Assembly: GCA_016284875.1 (NCBI GenBank) | Contig: JAEEPS010000009.1 | Span: 287-64,286, forward strand | From: Salinivirgaceae bacterium | GTDB taxonomy: Bacteria > Bacteroidota > Bacteroidia > Bacteroidales > SZUA-534 | DNA: 64,000 nt | Reading direction: 5' to 3' | Shown here: positions 27,885-37,791 of the stretch, piece by piece | Position numbering within the stretch: the stretch's first letter is position 1 | Layout: every line of letters begins with the position of its first letter | Program-made: the position numbers and the translations under genes | Notes under the pieces: generated by a model | The model's input: only the letters and a program-made list of their open reading frames with translations | Database searches by the model: none | Told to the model about the DNA's origin: nothing

Positions 27885-30800
27885 ATGAAAAGACTTGGAT
27901 TGTCAATATTGATTATCGTCCTGTTTGTAAGCAATCAACTCTGTGCGCAGGTGTTGATCAACGAGTATTGCCCGTCGACATCAGTGATGGCCGATGAGGA
28001 TGGAGATACTTCTGACTGGATTGAACTCTTCAATAATAGCGACAGCGAAGTGAATCTCGAGGGTTGGCATCTGTCAGATAGAATGAATAATCTAGCCAAA
28101 TGGACATTCCCGGCAGTGACAATGCCGCCGCAATCGTATATGCTTGTGTATGTGTCGGGTAAAGATAGATACGAGTACACTGCTGGCCAAAAAACGTATA
28201 TGAGTCCACTCATCAAGTGGGGCGATGAATTTGCTTATGCAATAGGGTCCGACACTATACGAAAGAACTGGTATTCTGTTGGATACAATGATTCTAAATG
28301 GTTGAGGGGTAAAAGCGGATTCGGATATGGCAACACAAATGTTGCTACTCAAGTGCCCCAAGGAACAATGTCGGTTTTTGTACGCAAAAAGTTTAATGTC
28401 AGCAATTTATCCGATATCGTGCAGTTGATTCTTGATTTGGATTACGACGACGGATTCGTGGTTTACATAAACGGTAAAGAGGTAGCGCGTGAAAACTTGG
28501 GAAAGAAGGGAGTCGATCCATCTTATGCAGAGGCAACGCCCGACTATGTGAATCCGCTTTTGAGCAATTCGCAGCCGACCAAACGGTACTATCTCGACAA
28601 TTTTGCCGACTATCTGCTTGAGGGTGAGAATACATTTGCGGCAAGAATTCATAATATATCCGAAACCTCGAGCGACTTACTTCTTATACCGTTTCTCACA
28701 GCCAAAACGCTGCAACCAGGTGATCGACAAGTGGATGAAGTGCTTAATTTGAAAGGAACAAACACGGGAACTTATCTGCATACCAATTTCGGATTGTCAT
28801 CGGATGGCGAAGCAATCTATTTGAGTGACTCCTCGGGCCGAATTGTCCACCAAACCGATAATACTGCCGTGCCGCATAATGTGTCACGTGGGTTGGCGGC
28901 AGACGGTTCGGGCAAATGGCTGTTTTTTACTGACCCAACACCCGAAGCGGCAAACACAACCAAGGCTTTCCCAACAGCCCGAACAGTTAATGTTCGCTTT
29001 GAACCGGAAGGCGGTTTGTGCGATTCAACAGTTACTGTGTCAATGATTTCAAACATCGGAGCACCGATATATTACACAACTGATGGCACAGAGCCAACAA
29101 TGAATTCGGAGGAATATTCGGGACCCATTGAGGTGTCGTCGACAACCATATTCCGCGCTATTTCCTATTGCGATACGTTGCTTCCAATGATGCCGGCAAC
29201 ACAATCGTATCTATTTTCAAATCATGAAATTACGATGCCGGTTTTCTCTTTGGTAACCGATCCGTACAATCTTTACGATGAAAATTATGGCATTTATGTT
29301 GAGGGACCCAATGCCGAAGAGGCCGATCCGCACTTTGGCGCCAATTATCATAAAGATTGGGAACGACCAATGCATGTTGAACTATTCTGGCCCGATGGTA
29401 CTACCAAAATTAGTCAGGATGCAGGAGTGAAGATAGCAGGAGCATGGAGTCGAGCCCATGCGCAGAAATCGTTTGCTTTCCATGCCCGCAGTGCTTATGG
29501 GAAAAACAAATTTGAATGTAATTTGTTTAGTGACAAAGATATATCGGAATTTAAGTCGTTCTTGCTCCGCAATTCCGGCAACGATTGGTATAACACCATG
29601 TTCCGCGATGCGTTAATCACTGGTTTGGTCCGTAATAACAATATTGATATTCAGGCATATCGGCCATCAGTGGTTTATCTGAACGGCAAATATTGGGGTA
29701 TTTTGAACATCCGTGAGAAAATAAACGAACACTATGTTGCCAACAATTACAATTGGGTAGATGCTGATAATGTTGATTTATTGGAAAATAGCGGTACGTG
29801 GGTTCATGGTGTTACTACACATTACGATGCGGTGAAGAGTTTTTTAAATACTCGTTCCATGTCGAATGCAACCAACTACGAGTACATTTCAACACAGATT
29901 GACATCGACGAATTCATTGAGTACATGGTACTTGAAATATATTGCAACAATGGCGACTGGCCGGGAAACAACTGTAAATTCTGGCGTCCGCAAGTCGATG
30001 GAGGCCGGTGGCGCTGGATAGCCTACGATACTGATTTCGGTTTCGGACTTTATTCAAGTGGCTATGATGAAGACAAGTTGGGCTCATGCATGCAATCATC
30101 TTCCGGACCGGCTTTTGTTCTTAAAAAACTATTGTTGAACGAGACATTCAAACATGATTTTGTGAATCGTTTTGCCGACCGCTTGAACCGAGAATTTAAA
30201 CCTGATGTTGTTAATTCTCTGATTGATAGTTTGTCAAGTCATATTTCAAGCGAGATTTTATTTCACAACAACAAGTGGCACGCAATTGGTAATTGGTCGA
30301 ACAATGTCAAGCGGTTGCGTACTTTTGCCGAAAATCGGCCCGACTATATGCGGCAATTTATCCGCGATGATTTGTCAGTTGGCTCAAATGTTTCGGTAGT
30401 AGTTGATGTCAATGACGAGGAGGGAGGCTACATACAGTTGAACAGCCTAACTATCAAGGAATTCCCATGGAAAGGGATTTATTTCTCTAACAATCCGATA
30501 ACCATTAGGGCGATTGCACGTCCAGGTTATAAGTTCGTCGGCTGGGAGGAAAAGAGCGATTCTGATCCCGAATTAACACTTGCCGTGAAGCGCAACTCGT
30601 CATTTACGGCGATTTTCGAAAAAGGCGATGATGACTATAATTCTATTGTAATCAATGAGATAAATTATAAATCGGAGGGCGGTCAAGACACAAAGGATTG
30701 GGTGGAACTCTTCAACACAACGGCTGCTGACATCGATATTACTGGTTGGATTCTGACCGATGCAACACGTCAGAAAGATTTTGTCATCCCCAAAGGGACA

Positions 30801-31418
30801 GTCGTTCCTGCCTATGGTTATGTAGTTGTTTGCGAAGGCAAAAGCAAGTTTATGGGGTTCTGGCCAGAATTGACAAACGTAGTTGGTGACTTCAAATTTG
30901 GGTTGAAGTCGCAAGGCTCTGTGATTCTTTATGACGCTGATGGCTATTTGATTGACGAAGTTGAGTATGGCAACAAATCGTCATGGCCGAAACTGCCTGA
31001 CGGCTATGGTTTTACGATTTCGCTTGCCAATCCGTTCGATGATAATTCGCTGCCAACGTTGTGGGAGAAGTCAGTGTTATTCGGAACACCGGGCTCGCTG
31101 AACGACAATTATATAGGCGAGCCTTTGTCAGTTGATGGCGCAACCGAAACTCTGCCTGAAATAACTGCCATGTGTCATCCGAATCCGTTTACCGATGAGG
31201 CTGAAATTCGCTGGAGTCAGGCAGTAGAGGCTAATGTGCAGATTGAGATTATTTCAGCGCAAGGACAAATCCTGACCGATTTTGGCAACACGTTTTACCT
31301 TGAGGGTGAGCACTCGCTTGACATAACAAAAGCCGTTTATTGGCAGCCAGGTTTGTATTTTGCGAAAATCACCATTGCGAACAGCCAACCGCTGATTATC
31401 AAAATCTTACGACAATAA
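27885..31418 (+). CDS. CotH kinase family protein 3 with an extra domain inside the N-terminal LTD
   Basis: Start MKRLG; NGDWPGNN, WRWIAYDTD; CHPNP CTD; TATTTTTG at 27861-27868. Confidence 0.9.
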   Translation: MKRLGLSILIIVLFVSNQLCAQVLINEYCPSTSVMADEDGDTSDWIELFNNSDSEVNLEGWHLSDRMNNLAKWTFPAVTMPPQSYMLVYVSGKDRYEYTAGQKTYMSPLIKWGDEFAYAIGSDTIRKNWYSVGYNDSKWLRGKSGFGYGNTNVATQVPQGTMSVFVRKKFNVSNLSDIVQLILDLDYDDGFVVYINGKEVARENLGKKGVDPSYAEATPDYVNPLLSNSQPTKRYYLDNFADYLLEGENTFAARIHNISETSSDLLLIPFLTAKTLQPGDRQVDEVLNLKGTNTGTYLHTNFGLSSDGEAIYLSDSSGRIVHQTDNTAVPHNVSRGLAADGSGKWLFFTDPTPEAANTTKAFPTARTVNVRFEPEGGLCDSTVTVSMISNIGAPIYYTTDGTEPTMNSEEYSGPIEVSSTTIFRAISYCDTLLPMMPATQSYLFSNHEITMPVFSLVTDPYNLYDENYGIYVEGPNAEEADPHFGANYHKDWERPMHVELFWPDGTTKISQDAGVKIAGAWSRAHAQKSFAFHARSAYGKNKFECNLFSDKDISEFKSFLLRNSGNDWYNTMFRDALITGLVRNNNIDIQAYRPSVVYLNGKYWGILNIREKINEHYVANNYNWVDADNVDLLENSGTWVHGVTTHYDAVKSFLNTRSMSNATNYEYISTQIDIDEFIEYMVLEIYCNNGDWPGNNCKFWRPQVDGGRWRWIAYDTDFGFGLYSSGYDEDKLGSCMQSSSGPAFVLKKLLLNETFKHDFVNRFADRLNREFKPDVVNSLIDSLSSHISSEILFHNNKWHAIGNWSNNVKRLRTFAENRPDYMRQFIRDDLSVGSNVSVVVDVNDEEGGYIQLNSLTIKEFPWKGIYFSNNPITIRAIARPGYKFVGWEEKSDSDPELTLAVKRNSSFTAIFEKGDDDYNSIVINEINYKSEGGQDTKDWVELFNTTAADIDITGWILTDATRQKDFVIPKGTVVPAYGYVVVCEGKSKFMGFWPELTNVVGDFKFGLKSQGSVILYDADGYLIDEVEYGNKSSWPKLPDGYGFTISLANPFDDNSLPTLWEKSVLFGTPGSLNDNYIGEPLSVDGATETLPEITAMCHPNPFTDEAEIRWSQAVEANVQIEIISAQGQILTDFGNTFYLEGEHSLDITKAVYWQPGLYFAKITIANSQPLIIKILRQ

Positions 31419-32219
31419 ATCGCCTTCGGGCATTGTCGGTTCCTGTGGTTCAGTTGCAGGAATTTTCTGAATGGCCTTAACACATCCGAATGTGATCAAT
31501 ACACACACAATCAATGTGATGGCGAGATTCATCGGGCCGCCGAAATAGTCGATTACCGAAACGTTCATATCGCCGGCATAGTAGCCCAAAAGAAAACCAG
31601 CCGTGTTGTTGGCCCAATGCATGAAAATGCCAATCCAGATGCTGCGTGTGCGCCAGAACAGCCAACCAATGGCGCAACCGATGATGAACGCTGCAATGAA
31701 CTGCCATGGGTTCAAGTGCGCGATGCCGAAAATCACTGCCGACCAGATGATAGCCTTTCGAGGCTCGTAGCGGCGAAGAAGTGCGGCTAGTATGATGCCA
31801 CGGAAAACCAACTCTTCGAGCACTGGAGCGGCAATGCCAACTGTCATATATCCAGCAAAATCGAGCGATATTGCTTCGCTGAAAATGCGTGCCACAATGT
31901 CTGGCATAGGAATCAGCGAGCAGATGGCTTCGCTGATTATCGATAGAGCGAAAGTCATTGCCAAAGCAATTGGGAATAATAACGGCTTTACTTTTCTTGT
32001 ATCGCTAACTTTCAGATTCCAAATAGCATACACTACGGCAATGGTGCCGGCAAATTGCAAAATGTAGCCAAGCATTGTTATCCACGACTTGAAAGCCGGC
32101 GCCACGCTCAGCAGTGCGGCCGTGACAACTGACGCAGGAATGGTCAGTGCAAGGGTGATTCCCAAAATGGCGAATGCCTTACCAATTGATATTGAACGAT
32201 TTTCTATTGAATTTTCCAT
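31407..32219 (-). CDS. CPBP (CAAX/Abi) family intramembrane metalloprotease
   Basis: Multi-TM protein with APVLEELVFRG, FGIAHLN and HWANN motifs. Confidence 0.92.
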   Translation of the reverse strand: MENSIENRSISIGKAFAILGITLALTIPASVVTAALLSVAPAFKSWITMLGYILQFAGTIAVVYAIWNLKVSDTRKVKPLLFPIALAMTFALSIISEAICSLIPMPDIVARIFSEAISLDFAGYMTVGIAAPVLEELVFRGIILAALLRRYEPRKAIIWSAVIFGIAHLNPWQFIAAFIIGCAIGWLFWRTRSIWIGIFMHWANNTAGFLLGYYAGDMNVSVIDYFGGPMNLAITLIVCVLITFGCVKAIQKIPATEPQEPTMPEGDLLS

Positions 32220-32416
32220 TAATCCCCGGTTTTTGTTTTAACGTTTCAGTGATTCATGTACAAAATAAAACTAATTTGGCCGTATCGCAAAAAATATAGG
32301 TCTGCGCTCATTTTTTTTTCTTTTTGAGTGCATGGCATTGTGCAGAATAGATATTTTTACAAGTCAGTCGCAACGGGAGTAGTTGCAATGATAAAAAGAA
32401 TTGTTTTTAGTGAATT

Positions 32417-33418
32417 ATGGGGAGATATAAGATAAAGCCCATCAGGATAGTATTGGCAATAATGCTTCTTTTGGCGTGCGCTGTTGCGTTTTTTTGTGTT
32501 AGATTCAGCAACTACCTTGCTTTCGGACGGAGCGTAGACATGCCTTTGCTTCAGGAATGGCAGGTTTATGGTGCGCCGTCGGCCGAAAATGAATGGATGT
32601 TCGGTCTTATTGTCAATTCCGAGCGTAATAATTGGGACAAAGTGGAAAAACTAACCAAACGTGACCACCACTCACTGATTGGTACATATTATCACAATCT
32701 GGCAATGGCAAAAAAAGGCAGATTGAGTCAGGAGTTGATGAATTATTATCAGCCTTTGGCTGACGGCTTGCTGTTACCTATCAGACAAGGTTCCCGGCCA
32801 TTGTTTGTCAGTTGTGCAGGCGAGGTTTGGTATCAGTTGGGCGGAGTTATTATGGCAGAGCATGCCACAATGTTGGGACTGGCGTTCACAGCAACACAAT
32901 CGGGGAAACGTTTTTACCGCCGGCTTGCACAAATAGCTCATATCAATGGTGACACTTGCGCCATAAAGAAGTATGAAAGGCTTTTGGGCGGCCCAATTGA
33001 CGATGATTGGAAAGAAAAAGTGCCATTCGTGCCAAAAACTGACACCATTGTTTTTGCCGGGCAAAACCGAATGCTGCTTCGGAATCTTCTCGAGTCGAAT
33101 CCCGACAACATAATGGCTTACGAGTATTTGCTTTGTTACGATTTGCTGTCGAAGGATATTGGCTCATTTATTGAGGATTACGTTCCCGGCAAGGTCAAAT
33201 CACAACTGTACGATGAGGCTCTGATAGTTTATTTGGCTGGCGATGGTATGCTTTCCAATGCCATGTTGGAGAAATACGGCATCAGCAAAGCAGTGTTCAA
33301 TAATTTCCGCGCTTACGGCGACGCGTATATGATGACAAATGCCAACAAGCGGAAAATGAAGGAGAAATACGGCAATACTTATTGGTATTATTTCAATTTT
33401 GCAGATAAAGATGATTAA
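32417..33418 (+). CDS. DUF6057-like protein
   Basis: YYHNLAMA, N..AYEYLLCYDLL..D, YDEALIV, YGNTYWYYF motifs; paired with a TolB-like gene as usual in Bacteroidales. Confidence 0.7.
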   Translation: MGRYKIKPIRIVLAIMLLLACAVAFFCVRFSNYLAFGRSVDMPLLQEWQVYGAPSAENEWMFGLIVNSERNNWDKVEKLTKRDHHSLIGTYYHNLAMAKKGRLSQELMNYYQPLADGLLLPIRQGSRPLFVSCAGEVWYQLGGVIMAEHATMLGLAFTATQSGKRFYRRLAQIAHINGDTCAIKKYERLLGGPIDDDWKEKVPFVPKTDTIVFAGQNRMLLRNLLESNPDNIMAYEYLLCYDLLSKDIGSFIEDYVPGKVKSQLYDEALIVYLAGDGMLSNAMLEKYGISKAVFNNFRAYGDAYMMTNANKRKMKEKYGNTYWYYFNFADKDD

Positions 33419-34793
33419 AAGGTTGGTTTTGTTATTGATACTTCCGATAGTTTCCAGTTGTTCTGCACCGGATGAACCTAAAGGAATGTATCCTGATTAT
33501 CGCGGTGTTACCATTCCGTGCAACATTGCGCCTTTGAATTTTTATTATACAGGTGGAAAGGCAGAAACAACATTCAGTTACGGTGATTATTCGTTTAGCC
33601 TGAAAGGGCGTGATGTAGTAATACCAGAAACTAAATGGAAAGAACTCTTGGACAAAGCCAAAGGCGATTCAATTAAAATCAGCAGTTCGCTAATGGGAGA
33701 ATGGAGCATTTTTGTTAGCCCCGACTCAATCGACCAATATCTTACCTATCGACTTGTTGAGCCTGCTTACGAAGTCGCCAACTGGGTTGAGATTTTCGAG
33801 CGCAAGATTTCAACTTTCGATGAGCGAGTTTTGGCCTCGTACGGAAACACCAACAATGCTTGTATGAATTGCCACATCCATAAGGGAGAGAACACAATGT
33901 TCTATCTGCGTGGTCGCAGAGGAGGTGCGGTATTGAGTAGTAAGGGAACATTGAGGAAGATGACACTGAAAAACGATTCAATGTTCTCGGGAACCGTTTA
34001 TGGCGATTTGCATCCGAGCGGACGTTGGGGAGTGTTCTCAATGAATGTTGTAATTCCTTCGTTCCATACCCAAAGTCAGAAACGGCTTGAAGTTTACGAC
34101 TCGAAATCGGATTTGTGCATTGTCGATTTCGATAACAATAAACTGCTTTTGCCGCCATCGCTCACTCGAACCGATGTTTTAGAGACATTCCCATGTTTCA
34201 GTGCGGATGGTTCGTCAGTTTATTATTGCGCTGCAGATACGGTTGCGTTGCCTCGCGATGTGAAAAAACTGCATTATTCGCTTTACAAATTCTCTTTCGA
34301 TGCGCAGACGGGCGAGATAGGTGAGTCGAGCGTGGTTTGGGATGCTATGGAGCGTGGAGGTTCTGTTTGCCATCCGAAGGCATCGCCCGACGGACGCTGG
34401 TTGCTTTACACCGTAGCCGATTATGGAACTTTCCCGATTTGGCATCGTGAGTGCGATTTGGAGATGATGAATTTGGCAGATGGCACTATTGCTGATATGT
34501 CGGCTGCAAATTCTGAGTGGTCCGACACATATCATAGTTGGTCATCGAATTCGCGCTGGTTTGTTTTTGCCAGCAAACGCGACGATGGTCAGTATGGGAA
34601 ACCGTTCTTCTGCCATGTCGATGAGCAAGGCAATGTCTCGAAGGCTTTTGTACTGCCTCAACAGAATCCCCACCATTACGATAGAATGCTTAAATCGTAT
34701 AACATACCCGATTTGGGAAAGAATCCTGCAAATTTCAATGAGGATGAAATTGGACGCCTTCACCGTTATACCGATGCTGAAAAGTTTGAGTAA
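33411..34793 (+). CDS. TolB/PD40 beta-propeller lipoprotein with CxxCH motif
   Basis: Lipobox VSSC, YPDY.GVTIP.NIAPLNF, CMNCH, HPSGRW, FSADG, SPDGRW, YHSWSSNSRWFVFASKR. Confidence 0.85.
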   Translation: MIKRLVLLLILPIVSSCSAPDEPKGMYPDYRGVTIPCNIAPLNFYYTGGKAETTFSYGDYSFSLKGRDVVIPETKWKELLDKAKGDSIKISSSLMGEWSIFVSPDSIDQYLTYRLVEPAYEVANWVEIFERKISTFDERVLASYGNTNNACMNCHIHKGENTMFYLRGRRGGAVLSSKGTLRKMTLKNDSMFSGTVYGDLHPSGRWGVFSMNVVIPSFHTQSQKRLEVYDSKSDLCIVDFDNNKLLLPPSLTRTDVLETFPCFSADGSSVYYCAADTVALPRDVKKLHYSLYKFSFDAQTGEIGESSVVWDAMERGGSVCHPKASPDGRWLLYTVADYGTFPIWHRECDLEMMNLADGTIADMSAANSEWSDTYHSWSSNSRWFVFASKRDDGQYGKPFFCHVDEQGNVSKAFVLPQQNPHHYDRMLKSYNIPDLGKNPANFNEDEIGRLHRYTDAEKFE

Positions 34794-34796
34794 AAT

Positions 34797-34827
34797 AGAA
34801 AAGCCGGTTTTTAAGCCGGCTTTCTTT
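34797..34827. terminator. Bidirectional terminator
   Basis: agaaaagccgg-tttttaag-ccggctttcttt hairpin between convergent genes. Confidence 0.8.
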
Positions 34828-34844
34828 ATCATTGAGAGTTATTA

Positions 34845-35804
34845 TTATTTCTTCGCTTTGCGAGCCTCGTTCAGGAAATTGACTACTTTGGCCAGATTCT
34901 CTTTCGAGTACATGTTGAAACCGTGTCCGCCGTCTTCGACCGGAATAAAATCGGTTTTTACACCTTTTGCTTTCAAAGCATTGTAGAAACTTTCGCCTTG
35001 GCAGAACGGAACAACATTGTCTTTCTTGCCGTGACAAACGATGATTGGGGGATCTGAAGGGTCAATGAATGTTGGTGCGCTGAGAGCCTTGTAGCGGTTC
35101 TCGTTACCTTTCATTGGCACGCCAAGAACCACTTCTTCTGGCGATGTTGGCATTTTCATCGATTCACCGCAGTCCATGTGCATCAAATCAACAGGACCCG
35201 ACCAGTCGCAGGCGGCATCTACGCTGCTGCTGAAATTGGTAAACTGGCCCACATTGCCTTCAAGGTCAACTTCGTAGCCGTCAACGTTGGCAACCTTTTC
35301 GTTTCGTGTGGTGGCGGCGAGCGATGCCAAATGACCACCCGATGAGAAGCCCGAGGTGGCGATGAACGAGGTGTCAAACTTGTATTTGTCGGCATTGCCG
35401 CGCAGAAAGCGGATTACGGCTTTAATATCGTTTATTTGTGCAGGATATTTAGCATCGCCGCTTGAGCGGTGGTTAGGTGTTACAACTGCGTAGCCGGCGT
35501 CGAGCAGAGCGGCGCAAATGGTGTTGAGGTCGGCAGCCCCCTTTGAGTTGTTGCTGAACCATGCGCTTCCGTAGATGTGGACAACTACCGGATAACTCTC
35601 TTTAACCTCTTTTGGCAGATAGATGTCGAGGTTATGGTAAACCTCATTGTCACCCGCATAGTTGATGTTGAGAAACTTTTGAGAGTAGCGCATTGTGTCA
35701 GTGCTATTTTGGTTCCCGCCAAAACCACCGAATCCGCCACCCATTTGTGCAAAGCCGGCCATGCACAATAGTCCGGCCGCAAGTGTTAATCCAAACTTTT
35801 TCAT
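34845..35804 (-). CDS. Secreted alpha/beta hydrolase (BD-FAE-like carbohydrate esterase)
   Basis: Signal peptide, LDIYLP, HIYGSAW, YPAQINDIKAVIRFLR, nucleophile GFSSGG, HGKKD, GGHG; TAAATTTG box at 35840-35847. Confidence 0.85.
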   Translation of the reverse strand: MKKFGLTLAAGLLCMAGFAQMGGGFGGFGGNQNSTDTMRYSQKFLNINYAGDNEVYHNLDIYLPKEVKESYPVVVHIYGSAWFSNNSKGAADLNTICAALLDAGYAVVTPNHRSSGDAKYPAQINDIKAVIRFLRGNADKYKFDTSFIATSGFSSGGHLASLAATTRNEKVANVDGYEVDLEGNVGQFTNFSSSVDAACDWSGPVDLMHMDCGESMKMPTSPEEVVLGVPMKGNENRYKALSAPTFIDPSDPPIIVCHGKKDNVVPFCQGESFYNALKAKGVKTDFIPVEDGGHGFNMYSKENLAKVVNFLNEARKAKK

Positions 35805-35880
35805 AGTGATATGTTTTATAAAGTTTATTCAATTCAAAGCAAATTTAGCAATAGTGCCGATAATTGGACCATTAATTAAT

Positions 35881-35910
35881 AAAAAAGGCCGCCTTTCGGC
35901 AGCCTTTTTT
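35881..35910 (-). terminator. Intrinsic terminator after susD1
   Basis: aaaaaaggccgcc-tttc-ggcagcctttttt hairpin. Confidence 0.8.
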
Positions 35911-35925
35911 ATTAAAGACATTTTA

Positions 35926-37776
35926 TTACCATCCTGCGTGTTGCTTGATGAATTTGTTAGCATTCACGTCTTTGAATGGGATAGGATAGTATTTGTATTT
36001 ATCCGGAGCATCAGATGGCTCGGTGAAACCAACCTCACCTCTACCTTCGTTCGGGTGAGTAGCGTAAACATAGAATCTGTGTTTTTCTTCTTTATTGCCT
36101 ACGCCTTTTTCTTTACCATTCTCATCGAACATAGCGTCGTACAGTTCAGGAACAGTCTTACCATTGTTTCTTATTCTTGCGAAGTAGTCAACACCATCGC
36201 CCTTGTCTTGGAAACTCCAGCGAACCATATCCGGCCAACGGCAGCCTTCCAGGAACAACTCGAAACGTTTTTCCTCTTTAATTGCGGTCAGGAGGTCGTC
36301 CGAAGCGCTTGTTATAGTGGCAGAACCAGCACGCTCTTGAATTTTGTTCAAGTATTTCAAACCTTCAGCAGCCTCACCAGTTCTTGCGCAAGCCTCAGCA
36401 TAAAGCAGGTAGGCCTCGCCCAAACGTGCAATCAGGTTGTTTCTTGTAGAGAATGCCTCACCAGGATAAGTCTCTTCTGAACGAGCTTGGCGTTTGTATT
36501 CCAAGAAGTGAGTTTGACCATAGAGATAAGTTTTAATACCTCTGTTAGACATTTTCTCTTTCTCTGCGAGTGATTGATCGTCGCCAGAACCATAACTCAT
36601 TTCATACATAAACTCTTTGATGTTTCTAATCCAAGCTTTACGACGCCATCTTTGGTCTTTTTTCGGGTCTTTCTCGTATGCGTACGGGTCGTAATCTTTA
36701 TCACCAACTATGCCGTCTTTTGTCTTCGGATCACCTGGGTCAACGCCGCAGTCATGTTTAATGAAGTCAGCAGCAAAGTCCTCACGAATACCAAGACCAC
36801 CCCAACCATTAACATATCCTGAAGGAACACCAGCCATATGGTCTTGGCGCCAGTTCATAATGTTAATGTACATCCAAGTACTACGTTGGATATTTCCACT
36901 CCATGTCGAGATAGCCGTATTTACAGCAACGTTTGTAGCCATAATCTGCTCCTCATTGCCATCACCATTGGCAAGGAATGTCTCGCCAATACGATCACTT
37001 GGAACAAGAGCGTAGTTTTCAGACTCAACAAGTGGTTTCAGCGCTTTCTTTGAATTCTCAAAGTCGCCAACAAACATATAAGCCTTGCCTGCTACAAATT
37101 GAGCGAAACCTTTTGTAACTTTAACGGTACCATCTTTGTCGGTTTTTCCGTTGCGATCTTCAAGGTCAGCCATTGCATCCATACACTCTTCGGCGCACCA
37201 TTTCAAGAGTTCATTGTGGTCGCTGTTAGCTATGTCTTCAGCACCAGCACTCAAATCAAGATACTTGGTTACTTTCGGTGGATCGTACCAACCAATGCCA
37301 AGTTGCATGTGGCAGTAAGCGCGTACTACGCGAGCCTCAGCAACGCAGCGTTTCTTAATGTCAGACATTTCTCCGGCTTCTGGAATCTTATTAATTACAA
37401 GGTTCGCAGCGTAGATGGCGCTATAGTAAGCACCATAAAGAGGAGTCAAGTCCTCATGGTCAGTAGCATAACGGAATTCGTTGAGCTGACTCATAAAGTC
37501 GTTGTCACCATAGAATTCGCCAGCAGCGTAAATATCGTCGCCACAAAGGTTGTAAGCAAAGAACGGAGCATTGTGGATGCCGAGGAATTTTCCATTGGCT
37601 ACCACCTGAGCAAATTCATCGTACATGCCGTTCAAGGCATTCTGAGCGTCATCGTCACTTTGATAGAACATATCGAGTGTAATCACACCCTTCTGATCCT
37701 CATCAAGCTTGTCTTCGCACGCAGTTGCCATTATAGCACATGCGCCTATCAGTATTGAAAATTTAAACTTATTCAT
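35926..37776 (-). CDS. susD: RagB/SusD family lipoprotein (pair 1)
   Basis: Lipobox ATAC, AEARVVRAY, RLGEAYLLYAEA, EKRFELFLEGCRWPDMVRW, YYPIP...QHAGW. Confidence 0.93.
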   Translation of the reverse strand: MNKFKFSILIGACAIMATACEDKLDEDQKGVITLDMFYQSDDDAQNALNGMYDEFAQVVANGKFLGIHNAPFFAYNLCGDDIYAAGEFYGDNDFMSQLNEFRYATDHEDLTPLYGAYYSAIYAANLVINKIPEAGEMSDIKKRCVAEARVVRAYCHMQLGIGWYDPPKVTKYLDLSAGAEDIANSDHNELLKWCAEECMDAMADLEDRNGKTDKDGTVKVTKGFAQFVAGKAYMFVGDFENSKKALKPLVESENYALVPSDRIGETFLANGDGNEEQIMATNVAVNTAISTWSGNIQRSTWMYINIMNWRQDHMAGVPSGYVNGWGGLGIREDFAADFIKHDCGVDPGDPKTKDGIVGDKDYDPYAYEKDPKKDQRWRRKAWIRNIKEFMYEMSYGSGDDQSLAEKEKMSNRGIKTYLYGQTHFLEYKRQARSEETYPGEAFSTRNNLIARLGEAYLLYAEACARTGEAAEGLKYLNKIQERAGSATITSASDDLLTAIKEEKRFELFLEGCRWPDMVRWSFQDKGDGVDYFARIRNNGKTVPELYDAMFDENGKEKGVGNKEEKHRFYVYATHPNEGRGEVGFTEPSDAPDKYKYYPIPFKDVNANKFIKQHAGW

Positions 37777-37791
37777 AATTGTTTGTTTTTT

